From a virus, in the IMG/VR virus record IMGVR_UViG_3300028384_001275, positions 40,524 to 104,523 of that record: a stretch of DNA of 64,000 bases; one strand, written 5' to 3'. The translations under genes were made by a program, and so were the position numbers. A model generated the notes under the pieces. The model was not told the origin of the DNA. It ran no database searches and saw only the letters and a program-made list of their open reading frames with translations. Positions 44,737-55,600 of the stretch are shown one piece after another (the first letter of the stretch is position 1; each line of letters opens with the position of its first letter).

Positions 44737-46224
44737 ATGGCTAAGCAAAATCTTAATATTGGATCGGCGGCTAACGACGGCACAGGTGATAGTCTCAGAG
44801 ATGGCGCTATCAAATTAAATAGCGTGATTAATGAGCTGTATACTGCTCTTGGAAATGATACCAACCTTCAAATTAATATCGATAGTCCGACTACAGGACA
44901 GTTATTGAAATGGAATGGATCATTATTCACTGAGGGATCATTTAATTCATTAACTGAAAATCTAGATGTCAATGATCAAAATATCACATCATCTGATGGT
45001 GGTGATGTAGTATTGAAACCTCATAGCACAGGCGATATTAAATTGTGGGCAGGTGGCACTGGTAGTGCTCTTACATATATCGATGGCGCTGACGGTAAAC
45101 TAAAGTATTCAAACTTTTTTTCCCAGTTATCAGATCTACCTGATGTGTCCACTCATCATGGTATGTTTGCTCATGTCCATGATGAAGCACATGGTTACTT
45201 TGCACACTCTTCTTGGATTCAGTTGCTTGATACTGGATCTTCCATCGGTGAATTGTCTGATGTAGACATGACTGTTGGTGGCGGACCCTCCGCTGGTCAA
45301 GTGCTGAAGTGGAATGGCACTGATAATAGATGGGAGCCTGGAAATGATGCTACCGCAGATGGTGGTGGTGGTGGCACTACACAAAACTTGTTTGAAACTG
45401 TTAATGCCGATAGTGGATCGACAACTGCTTCTGCTGCAACAGATACATTAACCATCGCTGGCGGCACACTTATTTCGACAGAAATAACTGGAGATACTGT
45501 TACTATTAACATGACAGGATCTTTGGGAGATCCCGATCAAAACCTCTTTTCCGTTGTTGGATCAGATTCTGGATCAAAGACTGCCAATTCCACGACAACG
45601 ACTATCAACTTTATTGGTGGCACTGGAATTTCTACTGCTATCAGTGGAGATAATCTGACTATTACGAATGACTCCCCCAATGCAGATCAAAATATCTTTG
45701 CTACTGTTTCGGGTGATAGTGGTGGATCAACTACGGCAGATGCAACTAATGCAACACTAACTGTTGCAGGTGGCACAGGTGTTTCTACAGCAATTACATC
45801 TAATACAGTTACTGTAAATGCTGAAGTTGCATTTGCGTCAGCTGGCACACCGAATGCCAATACAACTTTGATTGCCGACGAAAACGGCATGTATTATAAG
45901 GCACCTTCACCTACTGTTGGTTTTACAGTTAGTGCTTTTGGATCTACCGCATATACCTTTGAGGGTGGTGGGGTAAATAGTAGCACAAACAACCCAACGC
46001 TCTATGTGTATCGTGGGTTTACTTACAGATTCAATAATACAGCAACTTCAGCACACCCCTTTGCTCTTCGGACTTCTAATGGTGGTGGAGCTGTATCTGG
46101 TGTTGCAGGATCTCAGTCTGGTGTCCAATATTGGACAGTGCCAATGGCATTAGCTGCAGGCACGACATATGTGTATCAATGCACAATTCACTCTGGTATG
46201 GTCGGCAATATTGTGGTGGTCTGA
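44737..46224 (+). CDS. Virion structural protein with gp9/gp10-like N-terminus and C-terminal cupredoxin domain
   Basis: MAKQNLNIGSAANDGTGDSLRDGAIKLN; HPF...YQCTIHSGM. Confidence 0.8.
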   Translation: MAKQNLNIGSAANDGTGDSLRDGAIKLNSVINELYTALGNDTNLQINIDSPTTGQLLKWNGSLFTEGSFNSLTENLDVNDQNITSSDGGDVVLKPHSTGDIKLWAGGTGSALTYIDGADGKLKYSNFFSQLSDLPDVSTHHGMFAHVHDEAHGYFAHSSWIQLLDTGSSIGELSDVDMTVGGGPSAGQVLKWNGTDNRWEPGNDATADGGGGGTTQNLFETVNADSGSTTASAATDTLTIAGGTLISTEITGDTVTINMTGSLGDPDQNLFSVVGSDSGSKTANSTTTTINFIGGTGISTAISGDNLTITNDSPNADQNIFATVSGDSGGSTTADATNATLTVAGGTGVSTAITSNTVTVNAEVAFASAGTPNANTTLIADENGMYYKAPSPTVGFTVSAFGSTAYTFEGGGVNSSTNNPTLYVYRGFTYRFNNTATSAHPFALRTSNGGGAVSGVAGSQSGVQYWTVPMALAAGTTYVYQCTIHSGMVGNIVVV

Positions 46225-46227
46225 TAA

Positions 46228-48090
46228 ATGACAAGGACAGTCCCTGGATCAGGAGCACAGATACAACCCGTATTTAATAGTATATACGGTGTTAGAGAAG
46301 TATATGTAACTAATGGTGGATCTGGATATAGTCCCAGTAATCCACCTAGACTTCGTATTGGAAATTGTGGCACTCCCATTAGAGATGCTGTGCTTCGTCC
46401 AATCATTGAAGGGGATAATGGAGAAATCACAGCTGTTGAGGTTTTAGACCCAGGTGAGGGTTATGATCCCCTAAGATTGTTTATTGATGATGATAGTAGT
46501 AATGGTGGAGCTACAGGCATTATCAATCTAACTGATGATGGGGGTGTTGACTATATTACAGTCACTTCATTTGGCGATAATTATTTTGATTCTGTAGCAG
46601 AAGTAAGAGGTGGTGGAGGATCTGGAAGTGAGCTGGTCCCCATTACGGGTCTTGTTACAGGTCTTTCAATTACTAATCCTGGTCGTAATTATACTGAGAA
46701 TGATGTAAATATCATTATCTCTGGTGGTGGCGGTGATGGTGCAACTGGTGTTGCATCGGTAAATCCATTTGGTGAGGTTGCATCTATCAATCTTACAAAT
46801 GCAGGTGAATTCTTCGAGACTCCCCCACTAATCCAAATTATTGGTGGTGGTGGATCTGGTGCTACTGCAGAGGCATTTATTGACCTTGGTAGAATTACAT
46901 CTATTGATTTATTGTCTGGTGGTGGTGGATATACATCAAGTCCACAAATCATCTTTACTAGAGATACTGATTTAATCAGGACAACACGAAATAGACAGTC
47001 ACTTAACTCAGTCCTATTTAACCTTACAGGTCTTACTAAAGACGTTGGATCATCAGATACTACAGTTAATGTAGAGACCACTGGTGCATTTGTTGGATCT
47101 GGCAAATTTCTCATTGGTAGAGAAGTTGTCAGATATACAGGCAAGACTGCAGGATCTTTTACTGGATGCACCCGTGGCACCAATTTCAGATTTGACCAAA
47201 AAGTTATTCTCGATTCATTGCAAGATGATGCAGATACGGGATTGACAAACTATCAATTCCGAGTCACAGACCGCGTAAAGCGTGTTGTTGAAAACTCAAA
47301 TAACCGAGTTGCAATCGTTTATGACTGGGATAGACCTACTAGATCGCTTTATCTAACATTTGAAGTTGATGAGCTGGCGTTTATTGATGGTGGGCGCTCT
47401 AATGAAAAGGCAAAAATTATTGCATTTGTTGCTGGCACTGCAGGCGCATCAGGCACAGGTGTAGCACCTCACATTTTGTTAGAAGCAGAAGGTCAAAATA
47501 TTATTGCATTTACAAACCCATTTTCTGAAATTCAAAACCGTAGGTTTGAAGATGATGATGAGTTGGATGGTGCTGGTGATGGCATCATCGACTTGGTTAA
47601 TACTGGGACAGAGTTTGAAAATCAAATCAATCTTGATGGTGGTATTGCATCCTCCAGATATGGTATTGAAGAGACTCTTGGTGGACAAAACACCACTCTG
47701 CTTCAGGTTGGCGATCAAATCTATGATGGCAGCCCACAACCCTTAGTTGCATTTGTGCAAACTGCAGGTGCGTTGGGTGACGGTGATACTCATCAATCTA
47801 CTGCAAATATTGTTATCGAGTATTCATCATCAACTCTATTTAATGTGCCTGGTGCTGGTGGATCAGAAGAGGTAGTTGAGGGTCTCACTTCGGGTGTAAC
47901 AGCAACTACTGTTAGTAGGGTTACTGGACCAAAGACAGGGCAATTCACTTTGTCTGTTAAGAGTATTACAAATGATGACACAACTTACAAGTTTAGTCCA
48001 GGTGAAACTCTGCGAGGTAACACAAGTGGTGCCCAAGCACTTATCAAATCAGTTGAATATACAAGCTTCCTCAGAAATGAGGACACCTGA
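46228..48090 (+). CDS. Virion structural protein
   Basis: GxGY and GGGGxGA repeats; located between baseplate genes. Confidence 0.75.
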   Translation: MTRTVPGSGAQIQPVFNSIYGVREVYVTNGGSGYSPSNPPRLRIGNCGTPIRDAVLRPIIEGDNGEITAVEVLDPGEGYDPLRLFIDDDSSNGGATGIINLTDDGGVDYITVTSFGDNYFDSVAEVRGGGGSGSELVPITGLVTGLSITNPGRNYTENDVNIIISGGGGDGATGVASVNPFGEVASINLTNAGEFFETPPLIQIIGGGGSGATAEAFIDLGRITSIDLLSGGGGYTSSPQIIFTRDTDLIRTTRNRQSLNSVLFNLTGLTKDVGSSDTTVNVETTGAFVGSGKFLIGREVVRYTGKTAGSFTGCTRGTNFRFDQKVILDSLQDDADTGLTNYQFRVTDRVKRVVENSNNRVAIVYDWDRPTRSLYLTFEVDELAFIDGGRSNEKAKIIAFVAGTAGASGTGVAPHILLEAEGQNIIAFTNPFSEIQNRRFEDDDELDGAGDGIIDLVNTGTEFENQINLDGGIASSRYGIEETLGGQNTTLLQVGDQIYDGSPQPLVAFVQTAGALGDGDTHQSTANIVIEYSSSTLFNVPGAGGSEEVVEGLTSGVTATTVSRVTGPKTGQFTLSVKSITNDDTTYKFSPGETLRGNTSGAQALIKSVEYTSFLRNEDT

Positions 48091-48094
48091 CCCC

Positions 48095-48102
48095 TATAAA
48101 TA
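48095..48102 (+). promoter_or_regulatory. T4 late promoter
   Basis: Exact intergenic TATAAATA before gp8. Confidence 0.8.
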
Positions 48103-48124
48103 AAAAGAAGGCAATTTCCCTAAG

Positions 48125-49660
48125 ATGGCTCTACTTACTGACCAATTTAGAATTTTTACTGCGGAGAGATTCCGAAAAGCACTTGAGGGACCTAATCCCA
48201 CTGAGAGTGATTTGGACGCAGGTGCCAGTCGCGATCGACTATATGTTTTTATCGGTCGTCCCCAATCCTGGGATAATGAAAACTCTCCTCCAGATCCTGT
48301 AGATTCTCTTCAGGAATTTGCCGATGACTATTCGGATATGATTTCGCTTAAGCGCGTGCTAGCGAATGATACTGTGCAGGTTATCCGTCGTATTGACTGG
48401 ATTCCTCCTGAGCAAACCACTGGTGGTTTGGGTTATGTTTATGATATGTATCGCCATGATTACAGTGCTACGAAGACGGCATCTTCGGGTGCTACGAAAC
48501 TATATGACTCGGACTTTTACGTTGTCAACTCTTCATATCAAGTCTATAAGTGCATTTACAACGGCACATCTCCTTCTGATCCTAACGGTAAGCCTTCTAC
48601 TGTTGAGCCTACTGGCACCTCAACTTCTGTTATCACAACTGCTGACAGTTATCGTTGGAAGTATATGTATACGATTCCTGTGGGTCAGGTGTTGAAATTC
48701 TTCTCTAATGAATATATGCCTGTGCTGAGTGACACTGCTGTGGTGTCTGATGCAATCGGTGGTGAAATTGATACCGTTATTATTGCAGCTGCTGGATCTG
48801 GTTATAACAATGGCACTTATGAAAACGTCCCCATCAAGGGCGATGGAGTTGGTGGTCGAATTTCCCTTGTGGTTGATGGTGGTCGTATTGTTTCGGCAAC
48901 TGTGACTTCTGGTGGTAGTGGTTATACTTTCGGTAAGGTCGTGATCGATGAGGTCAACGGTATCGGTGCTGGCACGGGCACAGGTGCCAGTGTTGAGGTT
49001 GTTATTCCTCCCGTTGACGGTCATGGTGCAACACCTGCTAATGAGCTGGGTGGTTTCCGAGTGATGATTAATACCAAATTCACTTATGCTGAAGGTAGTG
49101 GTGACTTCCCGACTGATAACGACTATCGTCGTATTGGTTTGGTGATCAACCCATTTAGGTATGGCACCGAAGAATTGACCTCTGCCATTACACTGTCTGC
49201 CACAAAGGCAGTTATCTTCTCCCCCACATTCACAGGTCAGTTTACTACTGATGAAATCATCACACAGTCTAGGACTGTTGGTGGTCAGCAAGTTACTGCT
49301 CGTGGTCGTGTTATCTCTTGGAATAACACAACAAAAGTCTTGAAATATTACCAGAATAGAATTGATGGAATCTTCCCTGAATTCACTGGTAGTTTGATTG
49401 AATTTGAAGGTGGCAACCCTGTGCTGGGTGCAACATCTGGTGCATCTGCTGACCCCGATATTAACTTCCCCATTGTATCAGGATCTTCCACCCGTGTCAT
49501 TAATAACACTGAATATGACCTCGGTATGGCATTCACCAACGGTTATGCAAAACCTGAAGTTGAGCCTAACTCTGGCGAAGTCATCTACATAGATAACAGA
49601 GGCGCGATTACTCGTGCTGGTGACCAAATCGAAGATATCAAAATCGTAATCGAGTTCTAA
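48125..49660 (+). CDS. gp8: Baseplate wedge subunit gp8
   Basis: LLTDQFRI, YVFIGRPQSW, VYKCIYN, YRWKYMYTI and SGEVIYIDNR...QIEDIKIVIEF motifs. Confidence 0.92.
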   Translation: MALLTDQFRIFTAERFRKALEGPNPTESDLDAGASRDRLYVFIGRPQSWDNENSPPDPVDSLQEFADDYSDMISLKRVLANDTVQVIRRIDWIPPEQTTGGLGYVYDMYRHDYSATKTASSGATKLYDSDFYVVNSSYQVYKCIYNGTSPSDPNGKPSTVEPTGTSTSVITTADSYRWKYMYTIPVGQVLKFFSNEYMPVLSDTAVVSDAIGGEIDTVIIAAAGSGYNNGTYENVPIKGDGVGGRISLVVDGGRIVSATVTSGGSGYTFGKVVIDEVNGIGAGTGTGASVEVVIPPVDGHGATPANELGGFRVMINTKFTYAEGSGDFPTDNDYRRIGLVINPFRYGTEELTSAITLSATKAVIFSPTFTGQFTTDEIITQSRTVGGQQVTARGRVISWNNTTKVLKYYQNRIDGIFPEFTGSLIEFEGGNPVLGATSGASADPDINFPIVSGSSTRVINNTEYDLGMAFTNGYAKPEVEPNSGEVIYIDNRGAITRAGDQIEDIKIVIEF

Positions 49661-49663
49661 GAG

Positions 49664-52600
49664 ATGCCCCAGAATACTAATCTAAACATCAGTCCTTATT
49701 TTGACGATTTCAATAAGGATGATAACTACTACAGAGTCTTGTTTAGACCTGGGTATCCGATCCAGGCAAGAGAGCTTACCACCATGCAGAGTATTCTGCA
49801 GAATCAGGTGGAATCGATTGGTCAGCACTTCTTCAAAGAAGGTGCGATGGTCATTCCTGGTCAGGTAGGATACGATCTAGAAGTCCAAGCGATCATCCTG
49901 CAGCAGAATTTCTTGGGTGTCGATATTGAAACTTATCGCACACAACTTCACGGTCAAATTGTTGAAGGCATCACTACTGGCATCAAGGCGAAAGTCCTCT
50001 ACTCGATTTCATCTGCAGAATCAGATCGTAGTTATGTCACTCTGTATGTGAAGTATATTGACTCTGGAGATACTTCATCTGACACTACGTTAAAAACTTT
50101 CCAACCCAATGAGCAGTTGCTCGCTGAAAAAGAGATTACGTTTGGCACAACTCTAATTGAAATTGGATCTCCATTTGCACAGTTGTTGCCTGTTAATGCG
50201 ACAGCTACTGCATCTACAGCGTATGTCAATCAAGGTGTTTATTTTATTAGAGGACACTTTGTCGATATTCCCTCTTCTTATTTGATCCTGGATCAATACA
50301 GTAACTCTCCTTCTTATCGTGTTGGTCTGGAAGTTAGTGAATCCATTATCACTCCTGAAGATGATCCCGATCTGAATGATAATGCAGCAGGTACGTCAAA
50401 TTATTCGGCACCTGGTGCTCACAGATTTAGAATCAAAACACAACTCGTCAAGAAGGCGATTAATGATTCTACCGATAAAAACTTTATTGAGCTACTTAGA
50501 CTCAACAACTCTAAAGTTGAAGAGTTTGTAACAGCTACTGCATACTCTGAGCTTGAAAAGTCCCTCGCACGTCGCACATATGAAGAGTCTGGCGACTATG
50601 TGATTGATACATTTACAGTTACTGCTAGAGAGCATCTTGATGATGGATTCAATAATGGTGTCTATAGAGCAGGTCAAATATCCCCAGAAGGGAACCTTGC
50701 TTCAGATGACCGTGTTGCTTTTGAAGTTTCTCCTGGTCGTGCTTATGTGAAAGGTTATCGGGTCGAATTCCTAACTCCTCAATATGTTGATGCTCTTAAA
50801 CCTCGTGACTTTGAAGGTGTCCAAAATGCTATCCTTTCATTCCGTTTAGGTCAATTTGTTAAAGTATATGACGTATATGGTTGGCCAGATCTTACTGGAG
50901 AAGGTGTAACCAAAGCATATCAAACTCTTGAGTTGTATGATGATTGGACTTTGAATACCACTAACACTGTTGTTGGTAGACAGATCGGTCGTTGTCGCAC
51001 AATTCAGCTCCAAGAAGACACGGATACTACATATGATCTGTGGATTTTTGATGCACAGATGTATACTGCATTGAATTTTGCAACAGGTAATAATAGTGTC
51101 ACTGTTGGCGATCGTTTGAAGGGTCGGACATCAGGTGCTACTGGTTTTGTCGCTGATGCAGGATCGGGCACATATTGTCATGTTGAGCAAGTATCTGGCA
51201 ACTTTGTAAATGGTGAGGTCATTGAGAGAGATGGTCGCGTTATCGGCACCCTGGAAGCAGCACATACATTCAATCTAACTGATACTCGGTCCTGTCGTGG
51301 TCGTAACACCAGCAATCAGATTATCTTTGGTGCAAACTGGTTGCTGAATGATCAGCAGCAGATTGAAGGATCTACAATTACCTATGAAACATCTCCAGAC
51401 CACCAGCTGGTTGGTTTCCGCACCAAGTTTGCTGATGATCTTCGTCCTGGTGATGTTGTAACACCAACTCAGTCTAGTGCAGAAGGAGAAAATTCTCTTA
51501 GAATTACAAGAGTCAATCCTCAACAAATTGCAACTAGAGTGGGTAATGCATATACAGGTGCCACCAGTTATATCTTCGACTATCTAGACCAAGAAGCATC
51601 GATTGATAACAGTCTAAAGAAGGGCACAGTTAATGCTGGTGAATACAATACCTTGGTGAGAATGCGTCCTTTCGTATTCCAAAAGGACTATCAGAATGGT
51701 GAAATGACAATCGATGCACCTAGAGTATCGATGAAGTCAATTTCTGACGAATCATTCTTTGTCTTTAGGACGTTTAATAATAAGACTGTTGTATCTGGTG
51801 GTGTTACCGTTTCGTTGCCAGAATCTGAGCAGTTTGCAACTCTAGATGATGAGAATTATATTCTCACGGTCCTTGCAGAATCTGGTTCTGCTTATACTGT
51901 GGGTCAAAATCTCGATATTGATGCACTGAATGATGCAGGCACCCTGACAGTTACCTTCGGTGCTGATAGACAATCTGTGACTATTGATGGTCTGGCAAAT
52001 GTCAACACGATTAAGTTGACTGCATTGGTATCTAAGAATATTGTCACTAAGAAAATTAAAACCGCATCTAAGATGCGTGCCATGAAGGTTATTAGGACCG
52101 ACAAGAATAATGACGATCCCAAGTATGGTCTGGCATATGGTAACCTATATGGCACCCGTATCGAAGACGAAGAGATTTCATTCGCTCTGAATGATGTCTA
52201 TAAGATTCATGCTGTGTATGAGTCTGAAGATGATAATGATGCAACACCTCCTTATGCAGTCCTGACAGAATCTACATTCTTCGACAACGGGACTGTTGTA
52301 GTTGGTCGGACATCAGGTGCTAGAGCTCGTGTTATTCAGTTTATCAATAGCACCTTGAGACTGTATTATGTTGCTCTAAACGAGATTCCTTTCCAGCCTG
52401 GTGAAACAATCGACGGTGTGGATGACGACGGTAATGCTTTGACTGCAATTATTGATGACGCTGAGGGATCAGTTATCAAGGGCAGCAAAGTTATTACTTC
52501 TCAATATGAATTAGATCCTGGTCAGAAGGCACACTTCTATGATGTGTCTAAGATGCTGAGAAACCCTGCATTCACAGCACCCATCCGTAAGTTGATGGTT

Positions 52601-55600
52601 ATCTTTGATTACTTCGTCCATGAATCTTCAGGTGACTACTTCTCCAACCAGTCATACACAGGTATTCCATTCAAGGATATTCCTAAGTATAAACTCGACG
52701 GATCTATTAACTTCCTGAGAGATCAGGTTGACTTCCGTCCTGGCGTTGGTGAGTTGGCATCTGGATCGGGCACAGTATCTGCACCTTTCTTTGTGAATTG
52801 TGCTTCTCTCGATTTTGGTGCTAGGACATTTGATACATCTGGTGGTGCAGGTGGATCAACTATCTTTGATGTGCCTAAAGTTAATACCGAGATCCGTATG
52901 GATTATGAGTATTATCTACCTAGAGTTGACAAACTTTTCCTGACTCATGATAGTCAGCTTAAGTTGGTGAGTGGCGTATCTTCGGAAGAGATGCCACCAC
53001 CAGATAATGTGCAGAATGCAATGCTTTTGGCACAAATTGAGAATAGACCATATGTCTATGATGTAGAAAGAGACATTCTGCTGTATCCAGAAATTATTCG
53101 TCGTTATACGATGAAGGACATCGGTGAAATTGAGCAGAGACTGGAGCACGTTGAATATTATACTGCTCTGTCGATGCTTGAATCACAGGCAGAAAATACT
53201 AAGTCCTATGATGACAACGGATTCGACAGACTGAAGAATGGTTACGTTGTTGATGACTTTACTGATCATACGATTGGTGACGTGCTTAACGTGGACTATA
53301 AGGCATCCATGGACTTCCAAGAAGGATGGTTGCGCCCTGCTCACTATACTACCAATGTACCTCTGGAGCTGAATCTTTCAGAGTCTACAAATATTGTTAA
53401 AACGGGTGGTAATATGGCAATGTTGCCATATGAAAATCTAGCAATTATTACTCAACCATATGCATCTCGTGTTGAAAATGTAAACCCATTCAACGTGTTT
53501 ACATTCATTGGTCGTATTGATTTGTCCCCTGCATCCGACGACTGGATTGACACTAGACGTAGACCTGCTCGTATCGAAAACGTTGAGGGCGACTTCTCTT
53601 CTGTTGCTAGAGACTTACAGATTGACCAGAATGGTTTTGCTCCTATCCAATGGGGATCTTGGCGGACTAATTGGACTGGACAATCTCTAATCTCTAGGAC
53701 TCGATTTAGAAATAGATCTGGTAGTTTCTCTGCAGGTGGTCGTCGTTTGGGTCGTCTGGGTCACGGTCAAGGTCGTCAACCCATCTTCGTCCACGAGAGA
53801 CGCACATGGCGTGTTGTTAATAACCAAGCGAGACAGGGCATTCGGACCCGTGTTGTGCCCAAGATTGATAAGAAATCTTTGGGTGATAGCGTGCTGTCGG
53901 TCTCAGCAGTGCCCTGGATTAGATCCAGAAATGTTTCCTTTAACTCTGAGCGACTGAAGCCTCGCACCAGAATGTATGCATTCTTTGATGGTGTAAATGT
54001 AACTGGTTATATCACACCAAAAGTAGTTGAATTGGTTAAAAATTCTACTGCTGATCCAAATACAAACGAAACACCTTTTGTCGTTGGTGAAACTGTTAGA
54101 GGTCTAACTTCCAAGTGTAAGATTAAAGTTGCAGCTGCTAATGATGCTTATGTAACAGACCCTTATGGTGTAGGAGCTGCTACTTTGGCAGAATCTTATG
54201 CATCACAAACCAGTTTCCTCAACATTGATACAGAAGCGATGTCTGCTACTGTCAATCCTAATTTCTTTGGAAATATAACTGTTGGCGAAGTGCTTTTGGG
54301 AGAAACTTCTGGTGCTCGTGCGGTTGTGAAAGATCGCCGTCTTCTCACAGATAATGTTGGTAACCTCCGTGGTGTCCTCTTTATTCCAGATCCCAAGAAT
54401 GATTCTAATCCTCGTTGGGCAACTGGCACAAGGACTTTTAGATTTACAACATCCGATACTAACAGTAGAGCATCTGGTGAAGTTGATTCTTCGGCAGATA
54501 CTACATATGCTGCACAAGGCACATTGAGAGTTGTTAGAGAGAATATTCTTGCAATTCGTAATGCTGAAATTCAGAGAGATACCGTCCGTGATCGACGGAC
54601 TGTGATTACTACTAGATCATCTACACGTCAGATTGGTTGGTATGACCCTCTAGCACAATCTTTCTTGCCTCAGGAAGAAGGTGGTGTTTTCTTGACGGGT
54701 GTTGATATTTTCTTCAAGACTAAGGACACGAATGTCCCCATCTCGATGCAGATTCGCACCATGGAGAATGGCACTCCAACTAAAGAGATTCTACCTTTCT
54801 CTGATGTAACTATTTCACCTGATCAGGTTGAGTTGTCTGATAACGCAGCTATTCCTACTAGATTCACATTTAGATCTCCAGTCTATGTCAAATCTGATAT
54901 TGAATATTGCTTCGTCTTGTTGTCAGACTCTAATGAATATCAAGTCTGGATCTCCAGAATGGGTGATGTTGACGTTACTGGCACAAGGACTATTTCCGAG
55001 CAACCATATTCTGGTGTGCTCTTCAAGTCACAAAACGCTTCTACCTGGACTGCAGACCAATATGAAGATCTCAAGTTTACTATTTACAGAGCAAAATTCA
55101 CACAGTTGAATGGCACAGCTATTCTGAATAATGCTGAATTGGGTGAAGGTAATGGTGGTATTCATAATCTAATTGAAAATCCAATCCTTACAATTAAACC
55201 CAAGCAAACTTTGCTCCTCCCCACAGGAGGTAATTACAACTTCACTATTGGTGCAAGAGTCTTGCAGCAACCTTCAGGTGCTTCAGGTACTGTTACTGCT
55301 TTTGATGCAGTTTCAGATCCTGAGGAATTGACACTTACTGATATCCAAGGAAATTTTGCCGCAGGTTTCCTTGATGCTCAGAATAATCCTTTCCAAGGTC
55401 TGACATCATCTCAGTCGGTTGCAACGATTGTACTTTCGGCAATTTTCAATGGTGTGTTTGAAGTTGGCGATACTGTTACTGGATCTGGATCTAGTGCTAC
55501 AGGTGTAGTCACTTCTTATGTCTCTGGGACAAATACATTGACACTCAATTATATCAGCAAATCATTTGATGCAGCTGATACCTTGACCAATCCTGGTGGC

